From NCBI GenBank assembly GCA_030689595.1, contig JAUYHP010000008.1, positions 32,589 through 96,588 of the forward strand: 64,000 nucleotides of DNA. Reading direction: 5' to 3'. Below the pieces are notes generated by a model. That model did not search any database. It worked only from the letters and a program-made list of their open reading frames with translations, and was not told where the DNA came from. Below, in pieces: positions 38,071 to 48,872 of the stretch; the first letter of the stretch is position 1, and each line of letters opens with the position of its first letter. The position numbers were made by a program, and so were the translations under genes. Origin of the DNA: a bacterium. GTDB lineage: Bacteria > Patescibacteriota > Minisyncoccia > UBA6257 > WO2-44-18.

Positions 38071-39133
38071 TTTTTTAAAGAACTTATCTCTTAGCGTTTC
38101 TTTGCAAGAGAAAATCATTTTTGCTAAACATCTGGCTATCATGATAAAAGCTGGCATGCCACTCTTGGATGCAATAAACATGTTGCAACAACAAACTAGG
38201 TCGCGCTCCATGTCTAAAATTTTAGAATCAGTAGTCAAAGATGTCAGCAACGGCCAATTTCTTTCAAAAAGTCTAGAAAAATATCAATCGGTTTTCGGCG
38301 ATTTGTTTATTCAACTTATCAAAGTTGGCGAAACCGGTGGCATACTGTCAGAAAATTTAGTTTATTTGGCTGACGAGCTTAAAAAGAAAGCCGAACTTCG
38401 TCGCAAGGTGGTGGGCGCATTAATTTATCCATCAATTATTTTATTAGCCACCCTGGGTATAGCCGGTTTTTTGACCATATATATATTCCCCAAAATAATC
38501 CCGGTATTTTCTAGTCTTAAGGCGGAATTACCGATCACCACCAAAATATTGATAAGCATCAGCAATCTGTTAACCCAACATGGTGGGCTCGCTATGCTGG
38601 CCTTGTTAATAATAGTAATTGTCATATGGTTTTTGCTCAAAGTTCGTACCATTCGTTTTTATTGGCATCGAGTATTGCTGTCGCTACCAATTGTTGGCAA
38701 AATAGCTCGGAGTGTTAATATGGCCAACTTTTCCAGAGCCTTAGGATTGCTGTTAAAAAGTGATGTAAAAATCGTTAACGCTATTAATATCACTGCTGGC
38801 ACATTGTCTAATCTGGTTTATCGCGATGAACTAGCTAAATCAAGCTCAAATATAGAGAAGGGTGAATATATATCCAAATATTTAATGACTCGCGGAGACC
38901 TTTTCCCAATTATGTTTGCTAACATGATTGCGGTAGGGGAGCGCACAGGAAATTTAAGTGAAACGCTGTTATATTTGGCCGAATTTTATGAAAACAGCGT
39001 GGACGATCTCACTAAAAACTTATCAAACGTTTTAGAGCCAGTGCTAATGGTTGCTATGGGTGTCATCGTCGGATTCGTCGCGATTTCTATCATTACCCCG
39101 ATCTATGGTGTCACCCAAACCCTTAGCCGCTAA
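38063..39133 (+). CDS. pilC: Type IV pilus platform protein (GspF/PilC family)
   Basis: Two T2SSF repeats and three TM segments. Confidence 0.85.
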   Translation: MNNFLKNLSLSVSLQEKIIFAKHLAIMIKAGMPLLDAINMLQQQTRSRSMSKILESVVKDVSNGQFLSKSLEKYQSVFGDLFIQLIKVGETGGILSENLVYLADELKKKAELRRKVVGALIYPSIILLATLGIAGFLTIYIFPKIIPVFSSLKAELPITTKILISISNLLTQHGGLAMLALLIIVIVIWFLLKVRTIRFYWHRVLLSLPIVGKIARSVNMANFSRALGLLLKSDVKIVNAINITAGTLSNLVYRDELAKSSSNIEKGEYISKYLMTRGDLFPIMFANMIAVGERTGNLSETLLYLAEFYENSVDDLTKNLSNVLEPVLMVAMGVIVGFVAISIITPIYGVTQTLSR

Positions 39134-39560
39134 AAAAGCCCTCGGCTTCACGATGGTGGAGTTGGCAGTTGTGATTGGAGTGCTAGCATTATTAGCTGCT
39201 ATTTTTTTACCCATAGGTATTGATTTTTATATTAGCTATCAGTTTCGAGCAGAATCCAATATGTTGGTGTCGCTACTAGAACAATCACGCAGTTTGGCCA
39301 TGACTAACAACGGCGAATCTTATTGGGGTCTTTATGTCGATGCCAATGATTTTGTTGTTTTTCAGGGGTTAAACTATGCTAGCCGCGATCAATCAGCTGA
39401 CAAAATCTTTGCGCGAACTGAAAATATAGGCATAAGCGGCCCGTCTGAATTAGTATTCGCCAATTTGTCTGGCACAACGACGCCTGCAACTTTCGACATC
39501 GTCTCAGATGAAAAATCGGCCACGGTCGGAGTGAACAGCCAGGGCGTTATAAGTTATTAA
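39105..39560 (+). CDS. Type IV prepilin / pseudopilin
   Basis: Class III signal KKALG|FTMVELAVVIGVLALLAAIF (G-F-T-x-x-E). The start, chosen at MVSPKP, is uncertain and overlaps the end of pilC. Confidence 0.6.
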   Translation: MVSPKPLAAKKALGFTMVELAVVIGVLALLAAIFLPIGIDFYISYQFRAESNMLVSLLEQSRSLAMTNNGESYWGLYVDANDFVVFQGLNYASRDQSADKIFARTENIGISGPSELVFANLSGTTTPATFDIVSDEKSATVGVNSQGVISY

Positions 39561-39564
39561 ATAT

Positions 39565-40971
39565 ATGAGTAGCAAATCCGGGCAGTCGATAATTGAATTA
39601 TTAATAGCCATCGGTGTTTTTGTGTTGATGGCCTCGGCGGCTTTGTTGTTATTCTTTGGCGGGCAATCGCTTTCGATCGATAGCAGCAACGCACAACAGG
39701 CGCTAGATTATGCGTCCGAGGGTCAAGAAGCGGTACGTTCAATTGCTCACCGTGATTGGGACGGATTGGTTAACGGCGAATATGGATTAATTTATCAAAA
39801 TGGCCAATGGGAATTCTCAGGCTCGTCTAACATCAAAGAGCTCTTTACGCGCACCATCTTTATAGATGACGTTGACCCAAACACTAAGCGCGCCAGCACT
39901 ACTGTGACTTGGCAGCTTAGTCCAGCGCACATACAAAACATTGAATTAGTACAATATCTAACTCAATGGGAAAATCCATTGGTGGGTGGTTGTAAAACCG
40001 ACCCAATTTCTGGGGACTGGTATAATCCGGTAGTCTTGGGCTCAATCAATCTAGGCCCAGGCAATGAAGGGACCGATGTAGTCGCCGACCTGCCCTATGT
40101 ATATATGAGCGCCGAAGCTTCGGCGGCGAATAAGCCAGATGTTTTTGTTGTTGACGTTAGTGACGTATCTAATCCTCAAGTTATACGATCGGTTGATATA
40201 GGAGCCAGTGGAGTTAATTCCATTTATCTTAATGGAGATTTTTTGTACGCCGCTTCCGGTAATAATGGTCGTGAGTTTATTGTTTTTGATGTTAGTAATC
40301 CACCCAACATGATTGATGTCGCCAGCATTAATCTATCTGGGCAAGAAGATGCTATTTCTATACGAGGCGTGGAAGATACTGTATATGTTGGCAGAGTAAG
40401 TGGCTCTGATAAAGAGTTGGCAGTTATTGATGTTTCGGATCCGCTTAACCCATCTGTGGCAACCTCATTTGAAATCGGCGGCGATGTTAATAGCTTGATG
40501 ACTACCAGCCATAAACTGTATGTTACGACCGATATTCCCGATAAAGACGTGTGGATTTATGATATTGAAAATCCCAATGCGCCCGTATTGTTGGATATAT
40601 ATGATTTGCCCGTGGGTGGCGAAATTATTGGCATTGGCTTGCGATTGCCGGGCGATATACTAGCTGGCGGCACTAATGAGCTTTGGGTTTTGGGGGCGAC
40701 CACCACTGACCAAATTTATGTTCGTAGTTCGCTCGAAATCGGTGGCGCTAGCAATGACGTGGCTTGCGTGGCCGACAACTTGGCGTTTTTGGCCACCAAT
40801 AATAGCACTAAGGAGTTTTTAATCGTTGATATTTCTAATCCTGATGATATTAAAGAGGTGGCTTCGTTTAATTTCCCGCAGATCGGCACCGGTATGGATT
40901 TTGCCGAAAATAAAGTGTTTTTATCGGTACGCAGTAATGACGCCTTGAGAATTATCGGCCCGGGGCCATAG
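39565..40971 (+). CDS. Prepilin N-terminus fused to a large LVIVD-repeat beta-propeller domain (candidate pilus-associated adhesin)
   Basis: N-terminal SGQSIIELLIAIGVFVLMA prepilin-like helix. After it come repeated blocks (VVDVSDVSNPQV, IVFDVSNPPNM, AVIDVSDPLNPSV, WIYDIENPNAPV, LIVDISNPDDI) that match the LVIVD repeat. Confidence 0.6.
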   Translation: MSSKSGQSIIELLIAIGVFVLMASAALLLFFGGQSLSIDSSNAQQALDYASEGQEAVRSIAHRDWDGLVNGEYGLIYQNGQWEFSGSSNIKELFTRTIFIDDVDPNTKRASTTVTWQLSPAHIQNIELVQYLTQWENPLVGGCKTDPISGDWYNPVVLGSINLGPGNEGTDVVADLPYVYMSAEASAANKPDVFVVDVSDVSNPQVIRSVDIGASGVNSIYLNGDFLYAASGNNGREFIVFDVSNPPNMIDVASINLSGQEDAISIRGVEDTVYVGRVSGSDKELAVIDVSDPLNPSVATSFEIGGDVNSLMTTSHKLYVTTDIPDKDVWIYDIENPNAPVLLDIYDLPVGGEIIGIGLRLPGDILAGGTNELWVLGATTTDQIYVRSSLEIGGASNDVACVADNLAFLATNNSTKEFLIVDISNPDDIKEVASFNFPQIGTGMDFAENKVFLSVRSNDALRIIGPGP

Positions 40972-41110
40972 GGCTTATATATGCCTGACAAGCCGTGGCT
41001 ATCCATGCTACAATAGTTCGCAGTTGTTTGAAAGTGTTTTCCCCAAATCTTCAAGGAGGGGATTTTTTTATTAGGAGTTGGTGCGCCGAAAAAGCTTATC
41101 CACAGAGGTG

Positions 41111-41139
41111 TTGACAAAAACTGGCCAACTAGTATAAAA
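41111..41139 (+). promoter_or_regulatory. Sigma70-like promoter upstream of tuf
   Basis: TTGACA, then a 17-bp spacer, then ATAAAA(T). A second candidate (TGACAA-17-TACAAT) lies at about 40986-41014. Confidence 0.5.
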
Positions 41140-41209
41140 TCTGATATATTGTCTTTACGACGAAAGGTTCGAAAAAACAAAAATAATAATAAATAATTTT
41201 TAAATAAAC

Positions 41210-42409
41210 ATGGCAGAAAAAGAAAAATTTGAACGCAGTAAGCCACACGTTAATGTTGGTACTATCGGTCACGTTGACCACGGCAAAACCACTTTGACCG
41301 CCGCTATTACTCACGTTCTACACCTAAAAGGTCTAGCTAAGAAGTCAGAAGAGGTTTCCGACATTGATAATGCCCCAGAAGAAAAGGCTCGTGGCATTAC
41401 CATTGCTATTCATCACTCTGAATACGAGTCAGAAAACAGGCATTATGCTCACATCGATGCCCCTGGTCACGCAGATTATATCAAGAACATGATCACTGGT
41501 GCTGCTCAGATGGACGGCGCTGTGTTGGTAGTTTCCGCCGCCGATGGCCCCATGCCTCAAACCAGAGAGCACATTCTATTGGCTCGTCAAGTCGGCGTGC
41601 CAGCTATCGTGGTGTTCTTAAATAAAGTTGACCAAGTTAGCGACCCAGAATTAATTGATCTAGTTGAGTCCGAAGTTCGCGAGTTATTAAAGAAATATGA
41701 ATATCCAGGAGACCAAACCCCAGTTATTCGTGGTTCAGCACTAAAAGCCTTGGAAGCCGCTTCCGGAGATGACGAAGTCGCCAAGCCAATCCTAGAATTA
41801 GTTAAGGCTTTGGATGAATTTATCCCAGAGCCAGTTCGTGACATTGATAAGCCATTTTTGATGCCTATTGAAGACATCTTCTCTATTGAGGGCCGCGGCA
41901 CAGTAGTAACTGGCCGAGCTGAAAGAGGCATCGTTAAAGTAAACGAGGAAATTGAAATCGTTGGCTTAAAGCCGACACAGAAGACCGTAGTTACCGGTAT
42001 CGAAATGTTTAACAAGCTTTTGGACGAAGGCCGAGCTGGTGATAACGTAGGCATCTTGCTGCGTGGTCTTAAAAAGGAGGACGTAGAGCGCGGTCAGGTT
42101 ATCTCTAAAACAGGTAGCGTCAGCCCGCACACTGAATTCGAGTGTGAAGTTTATATCTTAAGCAAAGAAGAAGGTGGCCGACATACGCCATTCTTCAAGG
42201 GGTATAAGCCACAATTTTATATCCGCACTACCGACGTTACTGGCGAAGTTATATTGCCGGAAGGAACCGAAATGGTTATGCCAGGCGATACAATTAAATT
42301 GAATGTTAAATTAATTGCTCCCGTAGCCTTGGAAGAAAAACAGCGCTTCGCTATTCGCGAAGGTGGTAAAACCGTAGGCGCCGGAGCAGTAACCAAAATT
42401 ACCAAATAA
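41210..42409 (+). CDS. tuf: Elongation factor Tu
   Basis: [10 protein letters not shown] and DAPGHADY motifs; full-length at 399 aa. Confidence 0.95.
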   Translation: MAEKEKFERSKPHVNVGTIGHVDHGKTTLTAAITHVLHLKGLAKKSEEVSDIDNAPEEKARGITIAIHHSEYESENRHYAHIDAPGHADYIKNMITGAAQMDGAVLVVSAADGPMPQTREHILLARQVGVPAIVVFLNKVDQVSDPELIDLVESEVRELLKKYEYPGDQTPVIRGSALKALEAASGDDEVAKPILELVKALDEFIPEPVRDIDKPFLMPIEDIFSIEGRGTVVTGRAERGIVKVNEEIEIVGLKPTQKTVVTGIEMFNKLLDEGRAGDNVGILLRGLKKEDVERGQVISKTGSVSPHTEFECEVYILSKEEGGRHTPFFKGYKPQFYIRTTDVTGEVILPEGTEMVMPGDTIKLNVKLIAPVALEEKQRFAIREGGKTVGAGAVTKITK

Positions 42410-42440
42410 ATTTGGTTGCTAACTTCGCATAAGTAATTCT

Positions 42441-42770
42441 ATGCCGAAAAAAAAGGAAGTTGAAAAAGAAAAATTAAGACTACGCATTAAGGCTTATGAT
42501 AATAAGCTGATTGATAATTCCGCTAAACAAATAGTGGAGATAGCCAAAAGGCAGGACGCCGAGGTTGTCGGCCCAGTGCCATTGCCTACTGAAGTTCACA
42601 AATACACTGTGAACCGATCAACTTTTATCGATAAAAATTCTCGAGAGCAGTTTGAGTTGCGGGTTCACAAAAGATTAATAGACATTTTGAACCCCAACCA
42701 AGCGCTAATCGAAGCTTTGTCCCGCCTTAATCTACCAGCAGGTGTAGACATCGAAATAAAGATGGTGTAG
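42441..42770 (+). CDS. rpsJ: Ribosomal protein uS10
   Basis: [20 protein letters not shown]...VGPVPLPT. Confidence 0.9.
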   Translation: MPKKKEVEKEKLRLRIKAYDNKLIDNSAKQIVEIAKRQDAEVVGPVPLPTEVHKYTVNRSTFIDKNSREQFELRVHKRLIDILNPNQALIEALSRLNLPAGVDIEIKMV

Positions 42771-42841
42771 AATACTCGAGAGGATTAAGCCAATATATTA
42801 AAAAATAACCGTGGCTATCCCGGTTATTTTTTAAAATCAAA

Positions 42842-43270
42842 ATGGAAAAAATTATCGGCAAAAAAATGAAAATGGATCAGATTTGGAAAGACGATGAGGC
42901 CATGGGCATTACTCCAATTCAGTTGGATGCTAAGGCCGATTTATCAACCCTAAAAGTAGGGGACATCGTAAAGATCAGTGGTATCACCAAGGGACATGGT
43001 TTCCAGGGCGTGGTCAAAAGACACGGCTTTAGAGGCGGGCCCAAATCTCATGGCCAAAAAAATCGTCTACGCGCACCTGGTTCTATTGGTAGCACGGCCC
43101 CACAACGAGTAGTGCCAGGCCGACGTATGGCTGGACATATGGGCGTAGATAGAGTCACGGTTAAAAATCTAAAAATAGCCGATCTTAATAATGACAACAA
43201 AGTTGTTTTTTTGAGGGGCTCTGTTCCGGGCACTATTGGAAGTCCAATAGAAATTGTAGCTCCCAAATAA
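42842..43270 (+). CDS. rplC: Ribosomal protein uL3, shortened (142 aa)
   Basis: GKKMKMDQIW N-terminus plus the KGHGFQGVVKRHGF and GSVPGTIGS blocks. It lacks about 60 aa of the usual N-domain. A hairpin lies in the S10-L3 spacer. Confidence 0.8.
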   Translation: MEKIIGKKMKMDQIWKDDEAMGITPIQLDAKADLSTLKVGDIVKISGITKGHGFQGVVKRHGFRGGPKSHGQKNRLRAPGSIGSTAPQRVVPGRRMAGHMGVDRVTVKNLKIADLNNDNKVVFLRGSVPGTIGSPIEIVAPK

Positions 43271-43279
43271 AAAATCTAT

Positions 43280-43897
43280 ATGAAAACGGATGTGCACAAT
43301 TTGGATGGTAAAGTTGTTGGGTCGGTTGATCTTCCCGACCGTGTTTTTGCATATCCATGGAATTCCGACTTGGTTCATCAGGCGCTCCAGACACAGGCGG
43401 CTAATAAACGCCTACCTTGGGCTCATGCCAAGGATCGCTCTGAAGTAAGGGGCGGTGGTAGAAAACCGTGGAAACAGAAAGGCACCGGCCGAGCTAGGCA
43501 TGGATCCATCCGATCACCAATTTGGATTGGTGGTGGCACAACTCACGGACCGCTTAAATCTCGAGACTATACTAAAAAGATAAACAAGAAAATGTTGCGA
43601 GCTGCTATTTATAGTTCTATTTCCAAAAAGCTCAGCGACCAAGAAATAACAGTCATCGATTCATTGGATTTTAAAACTCCCAAGACTAAAGAAGTGGTTA
43701 AATCACTTAAAAGTTTATTCAAAAAGCCTTTCGGCAGCGTTTTGATAATCCCTGCCAAAGACAACAAATTAGTTTATCGCATCTCGCGAAACATCCCCAA
43801 AGTAAAAAGCCTCCACCCAGAATCTCTAAATGTTAGAGAGATTTTGCAATATAAAAATATATTAATAGATCAAAAAGCTGTAACAGAGATCAAATAG
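43280..43897 (+). CDS. rplD: Ribosomal protein uL4
   Basis: GGGRKPWKQKGTGRARHGS. Confidence 0.9.
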   Translation: MKTDVHNLDGKVVGSVDLPDRVFAYPWNSDLVHQALQTQAANKRLPWAHAKDRSEVRGGGRKPWKQKGTGRARHGSIRSPIWIGGGTTHGPLKSRDYTKKINKKMLRAAIYSSISKKLSDQEITVIDSLDFKTPKTKEVVKSLKSLFKKPFGSVLIIPAKDNKLVYRISRNIPKVKSLHPESLNVREILQYKNILIDQKAVTEIK

Positions 43898-43899
43898 AT

Positions 43900-44181
43900 A
43901 TGATAAATAAATTTCTAGTAAAACATCCGCTGATTACCGAAAAAGTTACCGAGATTAGCAAGCAGGGTAAGTATGCTTTTCTGGTAGATAAGAAGGCCAC
44001 CAGCCCTGAGATTAAGAAAATTATACACAGTATATACAAAGTGGATGTCACCAAGGTCAACATAATTAACGTCAAGTCCAAAACTAGACGCCTCGGGCGG
44101 ACCGTCGGCACAAAGCCGGGATATAAAAAGGCTATAGTTACCCTAGCCTCAGGCCAAAAATTGGACGTATTACCACAATAG
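43900..44181 (+). CDS. rplW: Ribosomal protein uL23
   Basis: Position and KYAFLVDKKATSPEIKK. Confidence 0.85.
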   Translation: MINKFLVKHPLITEKVTEISKQGKYAFLVDKKATSPEIKKIIHSIYKVDVTKVNIINVKSKTRRLGRTVGTKPGYKKAIVTLASGQKLDVLPQ

Positions 44182-44208
44182 TTCGGCCAAGCTCACTAAA
44201 TTAAATGT

Positions 44209-45039
44209 ATGAAAAAATATAAACCAACATCACCATCGCGTAGACAGATGACCACCGTTGATTATTCGGTGCTGACTACTGATAAGCCATATAAGCCACT
44301 AACCACTAGGCTTAAAACTCATGCTGCTAGAAATAATCGTGGCGTTATTACGGTCCGTCACCACGGCGGTGGCAATAAAAAGCTATATCGCTTAGTTGAT
44401 TTTAAACAGAACAAGCTCGATGTATCGGCTAGAATAGAAACCATCGAATACGACCCATATCGTTCTGCTTTTATTTCTAGAATAGTTTATGTTGATGGGC
44501 AGAGGAGTTACGTTTTGGCTGTCGACGGCCTAAAAGCTGGCGATAAAATAGTCACCTCAGAAAAAGCGCCGCTAAAGCCAGGCAATCGACTACCGTTAAA
44601 TAAAATCCCTATCGGATATCATGTCCACAACGTAGAGCTAAGGCCTGGTGCTGGTGGCAGAGTCGCTCGCTCAGCTGGCTCTTATGTTGAAGTCTTGGGG
44701 CACGACAGTGGCTACACTGATATAAAAATGGCGTCTAAAGAAGTGAGAAAGATCCTTTCAAAAGGGCTAGCGACGATTGGACAAGTTTCTAATACTGATT
44801 ATAATCTAGTAAATCTAGGTAAGGCTGGCCGATCGCGTTGGTTGGGTATCAGACCAACCGTTCGAGGCACGGCCATGAACCCAGTTGACCACCCACATGG
44901 AGGCGGTGAAGGTAGGCAACCTAGGGGCACGCGAAGACCGAAGACAAAGTGGGGCAAGGTGACCGGTGGGCGCAAGACTCGCAACAAGAAGAAGTGGTCA
45001 ACTAAGCTTATTACCAAAAGACGACCAACTAAAAGATAA
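44209..45039 (+). CDS. rplB: Ribosomal protein uL2
   Basis: [13 protein letters not shown]. Confidence 0.95.
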   Translation: MKKYKPTSPSRRQMTTVDYSVLTTDKPYKPLTTRLKTHAARNNRGVITVRHHGGGNKKLYRLVDFKQNKLDVSARIETIEYDPYRSAFISRIVYVDGQRSYVLAVDGLKAGDKIVTSEKAPLKPGNRLPLNKIPIGYHVHNVELRPGAGGRVARSAGSYVEVLGHDSGYTDIKMASKEVRKILSKGLATIGQVSNTDYNLVNLGKAGRSRWLGIRPTVRGTAMNPVDHPHGGGEGRQPRGTRRPKTKWGKVTGGRKTRNKKKWSTKLITKRRPTKR

Positions 45040-45044
45040 ACCAT

Positions 45045-45380
45045 ATGTCTAGAAGCTCTAAAAAAGGCCCATACGTATATGAAAAGCTATTAAAGAAAAT
45101 AGCTAAGTTAAAGCCGGCTGATGGAGTAGTTATAAAAACCTGGGCGCGCCACTCATCAATAGCCCCCGAAATGGTTGGTTTCACCTTCGGTGTACATAAC
45201 GGAAAAAGCTTCATAGAGGTAAATGTTAAAGAAGACATGGTAGGTCATAAATTGGGAGAATTTTCACTTACTCGTAAATTTACAAAGCACGGTGGCAAAA
45301 TGCAGCGCGAGTTAGAGGCTTCACAAAAAGCCTCTGAGATAGCCAAAGCCCAAGCTTCTTCAACTGACAAAAAGAAATAA
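45045..45380 (+). CDS. rpsS: Ribosomal protein uS19
   Basis: [18 protein letters not shown]. Confidence 0.9.
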   Translation: MSRSSKKGPYVYEKLLKKIAKLKPADGVVIKTWARHSSIAPEMVGFTFGVHNGKSFIEVNVKEDMVGHKLGEFSLTRKFTKHGGKMQRELEASQKASEIAKAQASSTDKKK

Positions 45381-45382
45381 TT

Positions 45383-45892
45383 ATGAGCAATACGCAAATA
45401 GCCAAAGTTAAATATCTGCATATAGCGCCACGCAAAGTGAGGCTAGTTGCTAATACGCTCAAGGGACTATCGGCACATGAGGCTGAAGCCCAGCTATTAC
45501 TTAGGCCACATCGAGCGGCCAAGGCACTTTTGACATTGTTAAGATCTGGAGTGGCCAATGCTAAAAATAATAAAAAACTAAACGCTGAAAAACTAGTGGT
45601 CAGTAACTTAATGGTAGACCCAGGCCCCATGATGAAAAGATTCATGCCACGAGCTATGGGACGAGCCACTCCTATACAAAAAAAGATGAGTCACGTTACT
45701 TTAGTGTTGGAGGAATCAAATAAAATTACTACAAGACGCTTTACTATTAACCCACCGGTTAAGAAAGACAAAAAGCCCGCTAAGGCTACCAAGGCAAAAA
45801 CCACGCCAAAACCACAAGCAGACATAAAAGAAATTCCAAAAAAAGAAAGGCCGGGATTCTTTAAGAAAATTTTCCAACGTAAAAGCGTATAA
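45383..45892 (+). CDS. rplV: Ribosomal protein uL22 with a Lys/Ala/Pro-rich C-terminal extension
   Basis: An L22 core followed by a roughly 50-aa basic tail. Confidence 0.85.
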   Translation: MSNTQIAKVKYLHIAPRKVRLVANTLKGLSAHEAEAQLLLRPHRAAKALLTLLRSGVANAKNNKKLNAEKLVVSNLMVDPGPMMKRFMPRAMGRATPIQKKMSHVTLVLEESNKITTRRFTINPPVKKDKKPAKATKAKTTPKPQADIKEIPKKERPGFFKKIFQRKSV

Positions 45893-45894
45893 CT

Positions 45895-46575
45895 ATGGGA
45901 CAAAAGATAAGACCAGATTCATATAGACTAGGCATCATCCGAGATTGGCGCTCTCGCTGGTTTCCTAAAAAACTAAGCTACGGAGCACAGCTCGAGGAAG
46001 ATGCTTTAATTCGCAAGCTAGTGCAAGAAAAGCTAAATCAAGCTGGCTTAGTTGATATACAAATTGAGAGAAGCGCCAACGATGCCTATATAGTCTTCAT
46101 CAAAGCTGCTCGGCCAGGATTAATAATCGGACGTGGCGGCAAGGGAGTAGAGGATATGTCTAAAACCATTGAGTCCTCTTTAAAGAAATTGTTGCGCAAA
46201 AGAGGCATAGATAGCCCAAGCATAAATCTTAGACTGAACATTGAGGAGTTAAAGCGCTCAGAGATCGCTGCTCAATACTTAGCCCAAAGCATTGCTTGGG
46301 ATCTAGAGAGGCGTCTTCGGTTCAGAAGAATCGTCAAGAAGGCCATAGAAAACACATCTCAAAATAAAGAAGTTAAAGGTGTAAAAATAAAGCTATCTGG
46401 TAGACTAGATGGTTCAGAAATTGCCCGCAAAGAATGGTTGTTCAAAGGGCGCATGCCTCTGCAGACATTGAGGGCCAATATCGATTACGGCCAAGCTACT
46501 GCTTTTTGTACCTATGGAGCCGTTGGCATAAAGGTTTGGATATACAAAGGCGACGTGTTTACTAAAAAAGCCTAA
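45895..46575 (+). CDS. rpsC: Ribosomal protein uS3
   Basis: KH domain ([13 protein letters not shown]) and an S3 C-terminus. Confidence 0.9.
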   Translation: MGQKIRPDSYRLGIIRDWRSRWFPKKLSYGAQLEEDALIRKLVQEKLNQAGLVDIQIERSANDAYIVFIKAARPGLIIGRGGKGVEDMSKTIESSLKKLLRKRGIDSPSINLRLNIEELKRSEIAAQYLAQSIAWDLERRLRFRRIVKKAIENTSQNKEVKGVKIKLSGRLDGSEIARKEWLFKGRMPLQTLRANIDYGQATAFCTYGAVGIKVWIYKGDVFTKKA

Positions 46576-46577
46576 TC

Positions 46578-46988
46578 ATGCTAGCTCCAAAGAAAGTAAA
46601 ACATAGAAAATGGCACAAAGGACGATCACGAGGTCGTCTAGTTGAAACACGTGGCACGAAGTTATCTTATGGTAACTATGGCCTCAAGGCTGAGACTGCC
46701 GCTTGGGTAAACTCTAGGCAAATCGAAGCGGCCAGAAGGGCCATCACCAATTCACTTAACCGAGCCGGCAAGGTTTGGATTAGGATTTTTCCAGACAAGC
46801 CGATCACTAAAAGACCACCTGAAATAACCATGGGTGGCGGTAAGGGTGCTGTTGACCACTATGTTTTTCCCGTAAAACCTGGTAGAATTCTTTTCGAAAT
46901 CGATGGCGTAACTATCGATCAAGCTAAGCGCGCCTTGGTCTTGGCTGGGCATAAGCTACCAGTTAAAGGCAAGTTCGTATCAAGATAA
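46578..46988 (+). CDS. rplP: Ribosomal protein uL16
   Basis: [15 protein letters not shown]. Confidence 0.9.
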   Translation: MLAPKKVKHRKWHKGRSRGRLVETRGTKLSYGNYGLKAETAAWVNSRQIEAARRAITNSLNRAGKVWIRIFPDKPITKRPPEITMGGGKGAVDHYVFPVKPGRILFEIDGVTIDQAKRALVLAGHKLPVKGKFVSR

Positions 46989-46989
46989 T

Positions 46990-47199
46990 ATGAAACATAA
47001 AGAATTTTTAGAACTGAAAACTGGACCCATCGAAGAGCTAGAGCAAAAAGCTGGCGATCTTCGCGACCGCCTGCATGCTCTGAAAATGGATCTAGCTGCT
47101 GGCAAAGTAAAAAACGTTAGAGAAATCAAAGGCACCAAGAAGGATATTGCTAGAATATTAACGATTCTAAGCGAAAGAGCAAATAGCCCAAATAATTAA
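46990..47199 (+). CDS. rpmC: Ribosomal protein uL29
   Basis: Position and a coiled-coil L29 pattern. Confidence 0.8.
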   Translation: MKHKEFLELKTGPIEELEQKAGDLRDRLHALKMDLAAGKVKNVREIKGTKKDIARILTILSERANSPNN

Positions 47200-47201
47200 T
47201 T

Positions 47202-47450
47202 ATGGAAACCAAAGAAAAAATCACTAGACGCTTAGAAGGCATAGTTGTCTCTGATAAAATGACCAAAACACGAGTTGTGGCTATTACACGCATGCGCAAG
47301 CATCCTAAGTACCTTAAGTATTACAAACAGACCCAAAGGCTGAAAGCTCACGATGAAAAAAACGAGTATAAGTCTGGAGATAAGGTAGTTGTCGAAGCAT
47401 CGAGGCCATTATCAAAGGGCAAACGCTGGACAATAACTGCTAAATTATAA
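47202..47450 (+). CDS. rpsQ: Ribosomal protein uS17
   Basis: GIVVSDKMTKTRVVAITR. Confidence 0.85.
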   Translation: METKEKITRRLEGIVVSDKMTKTRVVAITRMRKHPKYLKYYKQTQRLKAHDEKNEYKSGDKVVVEASRPLSKGKRWTITAKL

Positions 47451-47454
47451 ATTC

Positions 47455-47823
47455 ATGATTCAAGCAAGATCCATATTAAAAGTAGCCGACAACAGTGGCG
47501 CCAAAATAGTGCGTTGCTTTAAGGTGCTGGGTGGGAGCAAGAGGCGATACGCTGGGATTGGCGATATTGTAGTGGCCTCGGTAAGATCAGCTGAGCCGCG
47601 CAAGTCGGTTAAGAAAAAAGACATCGTTAGGGTCCTAATTGTTAGGCAGCGCAAGGCCTTGCGAAGGCCAGACAATTCTTTTGTAAGATTTGATGAAAAT
47701 GCCGTGGTATTAGTGAACGAAAAGAAGGAACCCTTGGCCACTCGAGTTTTCGGCCCCTTGCCAAGAGAGATAAAAGAAATGGGATTTGAGGCAGTTATGT
47801 CGTTAGCGGAAGAAATCGTATAG
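47455..47823 (+). CDS. rplN: Ribosomal protein uL14
   Basis: MIQARSILKVADNSGAK. Confidence 0.9.
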   Translation: MIQARSILKVADNSGAKIVRCFKVLGGSKRRYAGIGDIVVASVRSAEPRKSVKKKDIVRVLIVRQRKALRRPDNSFVRFDENAVVLVNEKKEPLATRVFGPLPREIKEMGFEAVMSLAEEIV

Positions 47824-47837
47824 AATAATCACCAATT

Positions 47838-48143
47838 ATGAATATCAAAAAGGGGGACACAGTTAAAATAATGTCTGGCAAAGATCGGACTAAAACCGGC
47901 AAGGTTATTTCCGTTTACGCCGAACGAAATGCTGTTTTGATAGACGGCCTTAATTTGTTTAAAAAACATCGCCGACCACAGAAACAAGGAGAGAAAGGCG
48001 AAATAATCACAGTGCCCAGGCCCCTGTCTGCATCAAAGGTTATGATAGTATGCAGTAATTGCGGCGAAGCATCTAGGATGGGTCATAAATTTGAAGGCGA
48101 TGTTAAATTGAGGTATTGCAAAAAATGCCAAGGCACAATTTAA
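47838..48143 (+). CDS. rplX: Ribosomal protein uL24 with a C-terminal Cys4 extension
   Basis: KOW N-terminus (KKGDTVKIMSGKDRTKTGKV), then CSNCGE...CKKCQ. Confidence 0.85.
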   Translation: MNIKKGDTVKIMSGKDRTKTGKVISVYAERNAVLIDGLNLFKKHRRPQKQGEKGEIITVPRPLSASKVMIVCSNCGEASRMGHKFEGDVKLRYCKKCQGTI

Positions 48144-48144
48144 A

Positions 48145-48630
48145 ATGGAAAATTTATTTAAACAAATAGATAAAGCGGTTGTAAATGTTGGCGTTGGTAA
48201 GTTGTCTAGCCAAGCAAATTTTGCTGAAAAAATATTACCAGAAATCGCTAAAGAATTAGCCTCGATCACTGGACAAAAACCATCTGAAAGACCAGCTAAA
48301 AAATCTATCGCCAGCTTTAAGCTCAGGCAGGGGACTATTGTGGGCCTTCAAGTTACGCTTCGCGGTCAACGCATGGAACATTTTATACAAAAAGTTAATA
48401 ATGTAGTTTTGCCGCGCGTAAGAGACTTTCGTGGAATAAGTTTGAAAAAAATCGATGAAAATGGTAATCTAAGCATCGGCATCAAAGAGCATGTTGTATT
48501 CCCAGAAGTTAAAGCCGACGCCACTAATGTAAATTTTGGTTTACAAATAACAATTGCACTGAAACAAAGAAAAGACCAAGACCAGGCTATCGAGTTTTAT
48601 AGAAAAATAGGTGCGCCTCTTAAAAAATAA
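48145..48630 (+). CDS. rplE: Ribosomal protein uL5
   Basis: L5 blocks (GQKPSERPAKKSIASFKLRQG). Confidence 0.9.
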   Translation: MENLFKQIDKAVVNVGVGKLSSQANFAEKILPEIAKELASITGQKPSERPAKKSIASFKLRQGTIVGLQVTLRGQRMEHFIQKVNNVVLPRVRDFRGISLKKIDENGNLSIGIKEHVVFPEVKADATNVNFGLQITIALKQRKDQDQAIEFYRKIGAPLKK

Positions 48631-48656
48631 ATTTGTAAATCATTCTTTAAATTACC

Positions 48657-48842
48657 ATGGCAAAAACATCAGTCATAGCAAGAGCAAAAAAGAAGCCGAA
48701 ATTCTCAACCCGAAAAGTCCGACGTTGTTTTCGCTGTGGCAGAAAGCACGGCTATATGAGGGCCTTTAATATTTGCCGCATTTGCTTCCGCGAATTAGCC
48801 AGTCGGGGCGAAATACCAGGTGTTAAAAAATCGTCATGGTAG
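48657..48842 (+). CDS. rpsZ: Ribosomal protein uS14, Zn-binding type Z
   Basis: 61 aa; [20 protein letters not shown]. Confidence 0.9.
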   Translation: MAKTSVIARAKKKPKFSTRKVRRCFRCGRKHGYMRAFNICRICFRELASRGEIPGVKKSSW

Positions 48843-48872
48843 CTCAGCTATGCTCACTATAAAGAACTCATT

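Noticed and set aside
42771-42841. S10-leader-type attenuator between rpsJ and rplC
   Set aside because: A hairpin (AACCGTGGCTATCCCGGTT plus a T-run) exists there. However, the classical L4-responsive S10 leader lies upstream of rpsJ, not downstream. It is more simply a weak internal terminator or RNA processing site, left unclassified.
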